64,000 bases of DNA from an uncultured delta proteobacterium (GTDB lineage Bacteria; Desulfobacterota; Syntrophia; Syntrophales; UBA5619). The notes beneath the pieces are model-generated. The model was not told the DNA's origin and searched no databases. It saw only the letters and a program-made list of their open reading frames with translations. The first letter of the stretch is position 1; every line of letters starts with the position of its first letter. Made by a program: the position numbers and the translations under genes. The stretch covers positions 67,399 to 131,398 of the forward strand of contig CAWFOM010000003.1 of the NCBI GenBank assembly GCA_963817385.1, read 5' to 3'. Positions 1-11,469 of the stretch are shown here, one piece after another.

Positions 1-918
1 GGAGCAAGATCAAGAAGGGAGACGTGATCGCCCGCATGGAGAATATCGACGTCTCCGCAGTCAGAGACCAGGTCGCGGCAAACCTGAACACGGCCCGCGC
101 CGCCCTCGAACAGGCCAGGGCGGAAAGGGACAACGCCCAGAAGGAATATGAACGCTACAAACAGCTCGTTGCCAAAGATTACGTATCCAGGTCCGATTAT
201 GAAGTGACGGAGACGCGCTACCGGAAGGCCGTCGACGGAGTGAAGGCGTCGGAAGCCGCCGTTCATGCCGGGGAAGCCGCGCTGCAAAACGCCGAGGCGA
301 GTCTTGACTACACCCTGATCCGGGCCCCCTTCGATGCCATCGTTTTGACCAAGAACGCGGACATCGGCGACATCGTCACCCCCATCGGGGCCGCCGCCAA
401 CGCCAAGGCCGCCGTCGTGACGATCGCCGACATGAACTCCCTGCAGGTGGAGGTGGATGTCTCGGAAACGAGCATCACCACCATCCGGGTCGGCCAGCCC
501 TGCGACATCCAGTTGGACGCCCTCCCGGACACGCGGTTCCGCGGGGAGGTCCATGCCATTGTGCCGACCGTCGACCGCAGCAAGGCCACCGTTCTGGTCA
601 AGGTTCGCTTTCTGGACAAGGACCGCCGGATGCTGCCGGACATGAGCGCCAAGGTTTCCTTTCTCCCGCGCAGGCTCGCTCCCGAGGAGATGAAGCCGCG
701 TCTCGCCGCCGCCCGGTCTGCCCTGATCGACCGCGAACGGCAGGATAATCGCGTATCTCCTGGAGGGAAACCGGGTCCGGGAGACGCCGGTCCGGATTGG
801 GGCAACGTTCGGCGATATGGCGGAGATTCTGTCGGGGCTTAAAGCGGGAGACCGCGTCGTCGTAAAACCCCCGAAGGGATTGAAGGATGGATCGCGGATC
901 AAAGTCGCCGAACGGTAA
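1..918 (+). CDS. Efflux periplasmic adaptor (MacA/HlyD family), 5'-truncated by window edge, frameshift near ~740
   Basis: ORF 24..842 has a coiled-coil hairpin, YTLIRAPFDAIV and VEVDVSE...IRVGQ motifs. The natural C-terminus (EILSGLKAGDRVVVKPPKGLKDGSRIKVAER*) continues in another frame to TAA 916-918. Confidence 0.88.
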
Positions 919-955
919 GCGTTCCCTTCCGAGCCCCTCCCCTTTTACGGAAAAT
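884..955 (+). repeat. Direct repeat copy 1 (last ~11 codons, stop and 3' flank of adaptor gene)
   Basis: aggatggatcgcggatcaaagtcgccgaacggtaagcgttcccttccgagcccctccccttttacggaaaat, repeated at 1420-1491 and 2399-2454. Confidence 0.95.
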
Positions 956-1092
956 ACGGCGTCAGCGAACGACACCATGCAACCTAATCTGGTAGCCGAC
1001 TGAGGGTATTCAACCGTCCAGTCCCGGAGTATCTGTATGCATAAAATAGACAAGGTTTCCCGTGAGTACCGACTAGAATAGGAGGAGCGAAC

Positions 1093-1407
1093 ATGGGGTT
1101 CGGGAATAATGTCAGCCAATTGAATTTGCAGGATTTCAGACCGGGCATCCGGAGCCTGGCGGAGTGCGGCGACAGGCTGGTTATGGCCTGCATGGAGATC
1201 GGCCCGGGCAAGGAAGATGCCGGACATCAGCACCCCTTTGAACAATGCGGCGTCGTGGTTTCAGGAAGGGTTGAGATGTTCATCGGGGACGAACGGCGCG
1301 TGCTGGAAGCGATGGAAACCTATTTCATCCCCGCGGGCACGGTTCACGGATGGAAAACCTTTGACATGCCGGCCAGGATTCTGGACGTTTCGGCGAAACC
1401 CACCTGA
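1093..1407 (+). CDS. Cupin domain protein
   Basis: HQHPFEQ...G and FIPAGTVHG cupin metal motifs; GGAGG RBS. Confidence 0.88.
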   Translation: MGFGNNVSQLNLQDFRPGIRSLAECGDRLVMACMEIGPGKEDAGHQHPFEQCGVVVSGRVEMFIGDERRVLEAMETYFIPAGTVHGWKTFDMPARILDVSAKPT

Positions 1408-1419
1408 GACTCCGTCAAG

Positions 1420-1491
1420 AGGACGGATCGCGGATCAAAGTCGCCGAACGGTGAGCGTTCCCTTCCGAACCTCTTCCCTTTTACGGAAAAT
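1420..1491 (+). repeat. Direct repeat copy 2
   Basis: 72 nt with 5 mismatches to copy 1 by manual alignment. Confidence 0.95.
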
Positions 1492-1568
1492 CAAATTCTT
1501 CCTGACATTCACAAAAAGACAGGACATATGAAAATGGTGTCAACTTGTTACCGTTAAGGTTTTTATGT

Positions 1569-1601
1569 TTGAATATTTTAGTGCTGTAGTGTATTGTAGT
1601 G
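1569..1601 (+). promoter_or_regulatory. Sigma70-like promoter with TAGTG repeats (possible autoregulatory operator) upstream of antitoxin
   Basis: TTGAAT-17 nt-TATTGT; TAGTG at 1579, 1587 and 1597. Confidence 0.5.
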
Positions 1602-1614
1602 CAGGAGGTGCAGT

Positions 1615-1956
1615 ATGAGAAGTGTTCTGTCTGTTAGTTTACCGGAGAAAATGGCCGCCGAATTGGATGTCATTGCCAAGGACACAGGAAGGAATAAAAG
1701 CGATATTGTGAAAGAGTCCTTGGGGCAATTTTTGTGGGAGAACAGATTCCGCCGTATGAAGAAACGTCTAATTCCCAAAGCAAAAGCGGCGGGTTATGTT
1801 ACGGACGATTCCATGCAGGAACGGAAACTGTCCGACCTCAAAGACATCATACGCAACCTTCCCCGTCTCGAAGACGATGGAGATGCCTTCGCGAGAGATA
1901 TTGCACAGGCTATCGCGTTGCAACCGCCCGTCGGGGAGGGAAATCCATGGGCATAA
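1615..1956 (+). CDS. CopG/ribbon-helix-helix antitoxin (apparently chimeric)
   Basis: N-terminal LSVSLPEKMAAELDVIAKDTGRNKSDIVKESL fits RHH pattern; overlaps start of PIN toxin gene. Confidence 0.75.
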   Translation: MRSVLSVSLPEKMAAELDVIAKDTGRNKSDIVKESLGQFLWENRFRRMKKRLIPKAKAAGYVTDDSMQERKLSDLKDIIRNLPRLEDDGDAFARDIAQAIALQPPVGEGNPWA

Positions 1957-2351
1957 TCTTCGACACCTCGGCGATCATCGCCATCGAACGCGGTCATGAA
2001 TCTCTCGACGCCCTCATAGCGGGACGGGCGGAAGAGCCTTTCGGCATCAGCGTCGTCACGGCGGCCGAACTTCTGCACGGCGTCGAGCGGGCTGATACGG
2101 ACGAGAGGAAACTCAGGCGGCAGGCCTTTGTGGAGAAGGTGATCGAATCCTTTCCGGTCTTCCCCTTCGATCTGATGGTCGGCCGTATCTACGCCCGCAT
2201 CTGGGCCGCCATCGCCCGAAAGGGGTGGACCGTGGGCGCCCACGACCTCATCATTGCCGCCACCGCCATTTCCCTGGATTACACCGTAGCCACGGTCAAC
2301 ATCCGGGATTTCGAAAAGATCCCGGGGGTAAAGATGGAAAAACTGCAATAG
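1947..2351 (+). CDS. vapC: VapC/PIN-domain toxin
   Basis: IIFDTSAII, ISVVTAAELLHG, GAHDLIIAATA and TVNIRDFEKIPG PIN motifs; ATG 1947 after GGAGG. Confidence 0.92.
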   Translation: MGIIFDTSAIIAIERGHESLDALIAGRAEEPFGISVVTAAELLHGVERADTDERKLRRQAFVEKVIESFPVFPFDLMVGRIYARIWAAIARKGWTVGAHDLIIAATAISLDYTVATVNIRDFEKIPGVKMEKLQ

Positions 2352-2398
2352 CCATGAGAAGGATCTTCAGGAATCCAGAGTATTCGCGTATCTCCCGA

Positions 2399-2454
2399 AA
2401 GGATGGATCGCGGATCAAAGTCGCCGAACGGTGAGCATTCCCTTCCGAACCCCT
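2399..2454 (+). repeat. Direct repeat copy 3 (3'-shortened)
   Basis: aaggatggatcgcggatcaaagtcgccgaacggtgagcattcccttccgaacccct. Confidence 0.95.
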
Positions 2455-2582
2455 TGATAGGATTCACCTGCCGATAAACGTCCAATTAAATATCATTGTA
2501 ATTACTCTTACGCTGCGTATTCTCATAGCTAAATAGATCGTCGTGCAACCCAATGCAGCGATAGCCAACCAACGGAGGTTAA

Positions 2583-5500
2583 ATGCCCGAGAAAAGAGAT
2601 CGCAAACTCAGTTCCGCTCGCAAAAAAACCACTATGGCTGATCCGGGCAAGCACGCAGAGAAAAAACAACCGGCTCCGCAAGTGCGCGGCGCGGGGAAAC
2701 CGGCACCGGCAAAGGTCCGATTGGAAACAGAGACCGCAGTGGCTGCAGGCATCACACCCCTCGTCGATCTCGGCATCATCTGGGAACGGATCGGCAAGGC
2801 GCGCGTGCCGGAGGAATTCCGCGTCTCGTGCATCCGCCCGGATGATTTGCTCGTGTGCGATTTTATCTTCGAAAATCTGCGGATCGAGAGCGAGGGAGAG
2901 GGTGGGCCGAAGCTCGTTCGTAAAAATCCGGCGGCCGCGGTGACGCTGATCATCGAACTGCCGCCGCAGAGCTTCGGGGAGGAGGCATTCCTCGATAAGA
3001 CCGGGCCGGAGGTTGCCAGTAATCCGACCGGAAAGGACAAGTTCCCCGAAACGACTCCGTCCGCAGACGCAAAGAACGTGGCGTCCGCGGGCGAAACGCT
3101 TCCTCCGATGCCTTCCGCGAGGATTCGTATGGCGGGTCGGAGCCGCATTGCATACGTGATGCCTGCCGAAGAAACAGAGCTCGCGTTCACGATCGAGGCC
3201 ATCCTCGATGCGTGCCGTCGCTGGCCGATGCGGCTCGATGTAAACGCCGTGCCCGATCCTCCGCACTTCCGGCTGAAGGATTTCGGTGTTAGCGATCAAT
3301 GGCTCGCCAACGTTGCCGCATCGGATGGCTGGGCACAGGCGACACAGGAATTGGTGGGTGCCCTGGGCGGTGCGCAGGCCTTGCAAAAATCGCTTGCAGG
3401 CGCCGCACGTCGCGTCGCGACGAAGGCGATTGAAGCCGTTAGTGCCGGCACGCGCGGAATCGAGGGCGGGTTGCGTCGCGCAATGAACGAGGAACTCGAT
3501 GTCCTCGCGGAAAGGTTCGCACCGTTGCGCGATGCGGACCGGCGCGAGGTTGCCGCGGCGGCGCTTTCGTTGACGACGACGCAGGCAGTCGCAGCGCGCC
3601 GGGTCGGCGAGTCGATTATCGACCGCATCAAGGATTTTCCATTTCTCCCGATCATCTTCGGCCCGCACCGGCCGGCGCGCGATGTCACCGCACTGGAGCT
3701 GCCGTATCGGGTCGTCCTTTCCCCGGTCCCACAATCGCGCTGGCATCACGGCACGAAGCCGATCGCGCGCAATGGCCGCACCGAGTTGTGGCATACACGG
3801 CTCACAAGCGCCATCGCCGACATCGGGCCGGATTTGCCGACGAATGTGCGCGCTCTTTGGTCGCCGGATTACCATCTAAATAACATCGTCGGCATCGTGA
3901 ACGACGTAAAGCCGTTCCGGATGAGTCTCGACCCGCTCGACCGCGAGATGCTTGTGAAGCTGATGTCCGGCTTCGACGAACTCGACAAGAACGGCCGCAC
4001 TTTTCGTCCGCACACCGCCCGCTCGCGGCGACTCGCGCTTTCCTCGCTCGGCGCACTGCTCGATGCGGAGGGAAATTGGGAGCCGCCCTCGCCAAAGGAC
4101 GTCAGTCTCGAGGAATGGCGGCACCTCGCGACGCTGGGGCGCGATCACTACGTACGCGTCGTCTATCGCGGATTTTTAAAAGATTTGCGGCACGCGGCCT
4201 CGCTCGTGAAAGTGACCGAGCGAAAGTTCGAATCCATACAGGGTACGAAGAACCGCGTCGCCGTGCTGCGGCAGCGTTTCTTCATCATCGTGCGGGAGCC
4301 GATAAAGCACTACACCGGCGCGGGCCACACGTACGGCGGACGCAATTTCCCATTCACGGACGTGGAAATCCTCACGCGCGTCACGCCGAGCCTGCGCGCG
4401 CCGGACCAACCGGAGTGCCGGCTCAGCGATCCCGGAACCATCATCTACAACCCCGCGACGCCCGGCGTCCCGCATCGCGCCTGCTTTTGGCCGATGATCA
4501 GCCCGACGAACAACTTCCTGTTCCAAATCGCAGCGACCGATCTCAGCGGTAATCGGGTGACATTTCGCGATGCCGTTGCTGTTCGTCGGCTCGGAAGCGA
4601 ACGATAACCCGCAGGTCATCGCTGAGATCATCAAGCAAAATAACCTCCAGCCTGCGAACCCGCGCCGTCGCGCCTCGCTCGGAAACGCCTCCGTGTGCTA
4701 TGCGCCGATCAAGGACGGCGCGGATGGCGATCCGCGATCTGCCGACGAGCGAGATCGTTTTCCGCTGTTCGAACCTAAACGGCGTCTCCACGGACGAGGC
4801 GCAGTTTTATCCCGAAATCGAAAGCGCGCAGGTCGGCATCGCGGCGATCCAGCGGTTGCTGCAGCAACCGAATGCCACTGTCGGTGTTACGTATCCGGAT
4901 GTTTACAAAACCACGAATAGCGGTTTCGGCGCGGGCAAATCCCGGCGAGCTCTTTTTGAAGCTTCTCCAGCCGTTCGCGCTCGCTTTCGGCGATCAGGTG
5001 AAAAGCGACGCACTCGGCGGGCTCGCGACGCCCAGCATGGCGATCCAGGGACTTGTCGCGCATCATGGGTCCGGTTGCGGCGCAACCGCCCGCAAATCCG
5101 GCAAACATCGAGTCCGCGCTCGGCAACGTCATCGGCAACCAGTTCAATCCCGCCGACTTTTTCCAGGGCGCGAAAATCCTCGGCGGCGTCGATCTCGGCA
5201 CGATCCTCGAGGTTGCGACCTCGCTCGTGGGCGCGGATGTGCCGAAACTCCTGAGCAAGCAGCTTCCCGATAAAATCGAGGCGCGCTTCGACTGGAGCAC
5301 GCAGGTCAATAAATCAGACCCACTCGGCCTCTTCGTGCCGAATGCCGGCGGCGCGTCGCTACTCGAAATGCACGGCCTCATCAGCGCGCCGATCGCGAAT
5401 CCCGCAGCGACGACTTTCAACGCTACTGCGTCGATCGTGCATTTCAAAATCAACCTCTTCGGTTTCATCACGGTGTGGTTCGACCGGCTCGCATTCACCG

Positions 5501-6285
5501 CGAAGACGGGCGCGAAGCCGGACGTCGCAGTCGATCTGCATCCGGGCGACGAGGCTATTGCGTTCGGCGGTCCGCTCGAGTTCGTGAACGAGATTCGGAA
5601 GATCATTCCTTCGAATGGCTTCAGTGATCCGCCCGGCTTGTCGGTCACGCCGAGCGGCATTAGCGCAAGCTACTCGGTCAATATCCCGTCGCTGAGCGTC
5701 GGCATTTTTGCGCTCGAACATCTCTCGCTCGGCGCGGGATTTCTGCTGCCGTTCGACGCCAAGCCCGCGGAGGTGCGCTTCAATTTTGCCGAACGACAGC
5801 GGCCTTTCAGCCTCACGGTCTCGCTCCTCGGAGGCGGCGGATTTTTTGCGATCGGCGTCGGAACCGAGGGCGTGCGCGAGATCGAGGCGGCACTCGAATT
5901 CGGCGCGGCGCTCTCGATCAATCTCGGTGTCGCGAGCGGCAGCGTGGAGATCAAGGCGGGCGTTTATTTCCACTGGCAGACGGCGTCGGTGGAACTCGCG
6001 GGTTACGTGCGGCTGCACGGAGAACTCTCGGTGCTCGGGCTCATCTCGGCGTCGCTGACATTCAATCTCCAGCTTGCCTATTTGAAAGAAAACGGGAAGT
6101 CCGTCGTGTGGGGCGAGGCGACGCTCGAGGTGGAAATTGAAATCCTGTTCCTCAGCTTCAGTGTATCGGTGAAATGCCGGCGCGAGTTCGGCGGCTCGGA
6201 GGGCGATCCGAAATTCATCGAGCTCATTCCCGATCAAGCGACCTGGAACGACTATTGCGAAGCATTCGCGACGGAGGCTGCCTGA
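2583..6285 (+). CDS. Large uncharacterised protein A (~1230 aa stitched across ~4 frameshifts at 4560-5055)
   Basis: GGAGG RBS at start. ORF pieces 2583, 4570, 4700, 4872 and 5053 join into continuous protein-like sequence. C-terminus is Gly/aromatic beta-strand rich. Confidence 0.7.
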
Positions 6286-6286
6286 T

Positions 6287-9200
6287 ATGGCCACGCAAAC
6301 CACGCTCTGGACCGCGCTACCCAACGGCTACAGCGACGACGGTCGGTCGCTCCGCTTCTCGCTGCTCGTCTCGCCGCGACTTAATCCCGATTTCGAACCA
6401 CATCTCGAAAGTTTCCCGGACTTCGCGGACTGGCCGGCGACGTTGGCGCAAAGCCGATTCCTGCTGCACTTCGGCGGAACTCCTCCGGTCTCGATCGGCA
6501 GGTAACGACATGATGGGCCCGACGCGCATCGACGATCGGCTCGGGCTGCCGGATTCGAGCGTGTGGACGGCGCTCTTTCCGAAGATGACCTTCGTGCGCG
6601 GATTCGCGTTCCGCGACCTTTCGCAGCACGCCGTGCTCTCGTATCCCGCTGCGGACGTGGAAGGGCTGGTGCGCGGCCTTTACAGCCGGCTCGCGGCTTC
6701 TGCGCTGGATCAACTTCCGACGGCTTCAACGTTCCTCGACGACCCGGCGTGGACAGCCCTGCTGAATGCGGTGGCACGCAACGACGAACAATTCACGGAC
6801 CGCAAATACAATCGCAAGACCGGGCGTTCGACCGCCATCCGTGACACGCCGGAAGCAGTTCGCCGCGTTCAAGAACCGCGCATTCCAGAAGCGAAACATC
6901 GCATCGGATCTCGCTCGCTTTCAGCTCTTTCACACGCCGCCATCAACGCCGAAGACGCGATACATACAACGTTCCGCCGGAGGACGCCAAGTCGCGCGCG
7001 GAGTGGCACGGCTACGAGCAGACGCAACTTGCCGAAGCCCGGCGATTTCCAAAATGACGATCGACTTCCACCAGATTGTCGCGGCGATGAACCAGTACCC
7101 GACGCTGCTGCGGCGGCTCGGGCTTGTTGTCGACGTGCTCATCGCTCGCGACGCGTTCACCGCGGCGCCGGACGCGCTGCTCTGGGTGGAAGCGGAGCTT
7201 CCGCAGGGCGTCCCCACCGTGGAGCGTCTGCCGGATGCGTCGCCGCGCACGCACACGCTTCTCGACGCGGGTCGCTTTCAAGCGGTGCCACGGACACTTC
7301 CGCAACCGGGCGATTTCCGCGTTGCGAATGGCCTCCTCGATCTCGATCCAAAGACGTTCAGTTTCGTCCAGACTGACGTGGATGGCGCAGGCATCAAGGT
7401 CACGAACTTTGCGCGATCATTGCTCACGCTACGCGGGGAGCCCAACTACCAGCTTGATCCGGTGACGAAGCAGAAGCGCGAACTCGGTGCGCCCGCGCTG
7501 CGCAATGCTGGACTCGTGCTCGTGCATAACCAGCGCGCCGACATGCTTAAGAACGCGATCGGGCGCCAGGGCCAGTTTAACGCCGCCGCGGAGAAGATCC
7601 AGCAAGGCGTCCGAAGCCGCCGCCGCCACCCGGCGCTGTTTGCCGAGGATCTCGTGCGGGGTTATCGCATCGACATCTGGGACGACGTGTCGAAGCGCTG
7701 GCACTCGCTTTGCCGGCGGACGGCGACCTACGAGATCGACAGCCGGCGCGGTCGTCATCGGCGTGCCGGAGGAGGAAGGCACGGTGCGGCTCGCAGCGAC
7801 GACTTCGCCGATCCGGCGAGCAATCCCGACATTATCTGGCTGCACGAGACGCTCGTGGCCTGGCCGGGCTGGAGCCTCTGCGCGCCTGCGCCGGGCCGGA
7901 CGATTGGGCACGACCCGAGCGACCACAGCGATCCGGTGACGAAGGCCGAGCCCGAAGTACCGCCGGGATTGCGTTTGAAAAGCGCGTTCAAGGTGCTGGC
8001 CGGGCTCGCTGCCGAGACTGCGCTATGGCCGCAAGTATTGGCTCCGCGCTCGGGTCGTCGATCTCGCGGGCAATTCGCTGGAGTTGCTGCCGAAGGATTT
8101 CGGCCCGGAGCAATCGAAGAAAAACGCGCGACCGTATTTTCGCTTCGAGCCGATTTCCGCGCCGGCCATCGCGCTCGTGAAACCGACGCCCGCAACGATC
8201 GACGCCCCGGCCGAAGGCGAGTCGATGGAACGCATAGCAGTGCGCAGTTTCAACGCCACGCCGCCGCTCAATACCGTACCGACGCCGCAACGCGCGCGCC
8301 GCTTTGCCGTGCCGAGCCGCACTACACAGCGCGAAGCCGAGCAGCATGGCATGTTCGACGTCGCCGACATCGTCGACCCGGCGTTTTTCACGATGCTTGC
8401 GGCGAAGGACGACTCGCTTCCCGAGGAGAAGCTCCTGACTGCGGGCCCGCTCTCCGGGGGCGCACCGGTCGAGACGGGATACGCGGTCATGGTCGATGGC
8501 GATGCCCTGCCGTATCTGCCGGACCCCCTCGCCATCGAAATCGCGGCGCGCATCTTCGATCACCCGAATTTTCCCGACACGAAGATCCTCACGATCCCGC
8601 TCTACGTAGGCACGAAGTGGCCGAACGCGCTCCCTTTCAAAATCGAAATCTACGACGATCCCAACGACACGCCGCACTACGACGACGCCGCGCGTTCACT
8701 CTTGATCCCGCTCCCAAAAGCAGCTCGTTGCACCTTGCGGCTCAGCGTCCAACCAAGCGCCGACGCGTTGAAAATTCTGGGCGTCTGGAATTGGCTCACC
8801 GCTGCGCAACAGACGCAAACGATCGTGATCAATGGGCAGACGACGACCCTCGAAAAGCTCGCGCACCGCGGCCAGCATTGGATGCTCACGCCGTGGCGCC
8901 ACCTCGAGCTCGTCCACGCGGTGCAGCGCCCGCTCATCACGCCGGAGATGACGAAGGTCATCGTTGACCGCCCGGACAGCGCCACCTTCGCGCTGCCGAA
9001 TTTCACCGCGACCTGCAGCATCCCGAGCACCGATCGCATCGACCTGCGCGCCAATTGGAATGAGCCGTTCGAAGACGCCGCCGCAAACCAGCTCGAGAAC
9101 CGCGCGCGCATCGACCACGCCTTCTCGGTCAAGATCACCGACGCCAAATCCTACGCCGGATTTCCCGACTACCTCCCGCAGGGCGTCGATCTCATCGGCG

Positions 9201-10644
9201 TCGGCCGAATCTATCTCACGATCGCCTCGGGAAAAAGATCCACGAGTTCCATGATACGCGGTATCGGCGGATCGAATACTGGATCGAGGCAACGACGAAG
9301 TTCCGCGAGTTCATGCCGGCGAGTCTGCTGACGGAAGTCGTGAACGGTATAACGCAACCGACGGAAGAGAACATCAAGGTCGTCGGCCCGAAGGTTCGCA
9401 CGTGGATTCCGTGCTCCGCGCCCCCGCCCGCTCCGGAAGTGCTCTATGTGATACCGACCTTCGGCTGGGTGCGCTCGGGCGAGGAAACGAGCAAGAACAG
9501 TTGGCGGCGTGGCGGCGGGTTGCGCGTCTATCTCAATCGTCCGTGGAACACCTCCGGCTACGGCGAGATGTTGGCCGTCGTCCTGCCCGCCTCGACGTTC
9601 ACCGACGATCCGAACGATCAACCCGCGGGGCAGCCGTTGAAGAATTTCGTGACGCAATGGGGCAACGATCCGATTTGGCTCAGCCCGTTTGTTCCGGGCT
9701 CTTCACCGAAGCCCGGCAACTTTCCGCTCGCGCGTACCGCGGCCGATCCCGACGGCAAATGGCTGCCGGACTTCGCCCCGGCGGAGGAAGCGGATCAGCC
9801 ACCGGGATCGTTTCAGGTGACGGGGCTTGAGCATCCCGATTTGCACACCCCGACCGCACAGTCGGTCGTCGATGTCGCGCCGCACGATGTGTTTTTCGAT
9901 GAAGAGCGACAGCTCTGGTATTGCGACATTGAGGTCACGTGGGGCGCGGCCTATTTCCCGTTCATCCGACTCGCACTCGCGCGCTACCAACCGGTCGCTC
10001 TCCACGCCGCGCATTTGTCGAACGTGGTTCTCGCCGATTTCATGCCGCTCGTCCCCGATCGGTGGCTGAACGTGACGCAGACGCGCGACCCGAGGACGCG
10101 GCAGGTGAGGGTCTTCGGCAATACGTTCACCGACTCGAGCTCGCACCAGGAAGCGGCGCTCGCACCCGCAGAAAGTCTCAGGCTTCTTGATGGCACGATC
10201 CTCGATCTGCATGCACCCAATGTCGCGCCGTCGAGTGTCGTCGAGGTTTGGGTCGAACGCTTCGATCCCACGCTGGGCGAGGATTTCGGCTGGCGGCGCG
10301 AACCCGACGCTATCGTCCAACAGGGCGCTGCGAAACCAATCGCGCGCCCGATCTTCTCGACGAAAGCGGCGCTCGCCAAGGGGCCTGTCCGCGCCGCCGA
10401 TCTGCTGGTCCATCGCGAATTTGAGGCCCTCATCGACGAGGGCCTCATCCACCACATCTTCGGCACGCTGACGCTTTGGGAAGGCAGCGTGACGCTTCCA
10501 GAAGCCCCGAGCGGCGCCGCGCGCTACCGCCTCGCGATCGCGGAATACGAAGAATACCTCGTGGACGACGCGATGCCTTACGATCGGATCCCGACGAAGA
10601 AAGACCGCCGTCTCGTCTTCATGGAATACGTCGATCTTGGCTGA
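6287..10644 (+). CDS. Large uncharacterised protein B (~1450 aa stitched across several frameshifts)
   Basis: ATG 1 nt after the stop of A, with GGAGG RBS. Pieces 6287, 6174, 6766, 8084 and 9313 read as protein-like in succession. Confidence 0.7.
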
Positions 10645-10803
10645 TCGCATAGCTCCTCGATTGCGGGAGATGGCGAAAAGTGCGACAAGGCTGATAAAAA
10701 GCGCACAGTAAAAATTTGACCGTTAGCCATCCTTTCAAGCGGAATTCCCTTCCGAATCCAGCATGGTTGCCTGTTTATTCAAGCAAACAACAAAATTTCT
10801 CCC

Positions 10804-10832
10804 TTGACAGTGACGCCATAATTTGGCACCAT
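10804..10832 (+). promoter_or_regulatory. Promoter/operator of hicAB, probably leaderless
   Basis: TTGACA-17 nt-CACCAT, ATG 6 nt later; GCCA-taatt-TGGC inverted repeat in the spacer. Confidence 0.55.
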
Positions 10833-10838
10833 CCAGCC

Positions 10839-11093
10839 ATGACGCGCAAGCACCGCAAGACCCTTGAATTGATCTTTGCGCATCCCCCCAGCGCAAAGGT
10901 GAAATGGCGCGATATTGAAGCGTTCTTCCGCGAGTTGGGTCCTGAGGTGTCGGAACGGGAAGGATCGCGTGTCGGCGTTCGGCTGTTTGGGGAACGAAGG
11001 GTGTTCCATCGTCCCCACCCGTCGTCCGATGCCGATAAAGGCGCAGTAGCGAGTATTCGCAAATGGTTGAAAAAGGATGGAGTGAAGTCATGA
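10839..11093 (+). CDS. hicA: HicA family toxin
   Basis: KWRDIEA...EREGSRV...VFHRPHP...GAVASIRKWL family signature. Confidence 0.88.
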   Translation: MTRKHRKTLELIFAHPPSAKVKWRDIEAFFRELGPEVSEREGSRVGVRLFGERRVFHRPHPSSDADKGAVASIRKWLKKDGVKS

Positions 11094-11434
11094 AGAACGT
11101 TATGGAGATCAACGGTGTAAAGGCTGTTATCGCCTTCGACCCCGAGATCAATATGTTCCGGGGTGAGTTTGTGGGGTTGAACGGCGGCGCCGATTTTTAC
11201 TCAACCGATATAGATGGATTGCGCCGCGAAGGTGAAACGTCCTTGAAGGTCTTTCTTGATATGTGCGCCGAGGAAGGGGTTTCCCCCTACCGGAAAACAT
11301 CCGGTAGATTAAACCTTCGCCTTTCCCAGGAGTTGTACGACAAAGCAACAACTTTGGCCAAGGCGTCGGGAAAGAGTGTGAACGCCTGGATTGCGGATGT
11401 TATCCGTCATACCGATGACGTCCTCACCCATTAG
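11090..11434 (+). CDS. hicB: HicB family antitoxin
   Basis: ATGA overlap with hicA; FRGEFVGLNGGADFY and SGRLNLRL...GKSVNAWI. Confidence 0.9.
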   Translation: MKNVMEINGVKAVIAFDPEINMFRGEFVGLNGGADFYSTDIDGLRREGETSLKVFLDMCAEEGVSPYRKTSGRLNLRLSQELYDKATTLAKASGKSVNAWIADVIRHTDDVLTH

Positions 11435-11469
11435 TTATATCGCTTTCTCGGTGGGGAAGATCGGGAAAT

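Noticed and set aside
884..2454. The three direct repeats as a CRISPR array or integron attC sites
   Set aside because: Intervals are ~460 and ~900 nt and encode genes, copy 1 is coding sequence, no cas or intI gene is present, and the RYYYAAC...GTTRRRY ends are not matched.
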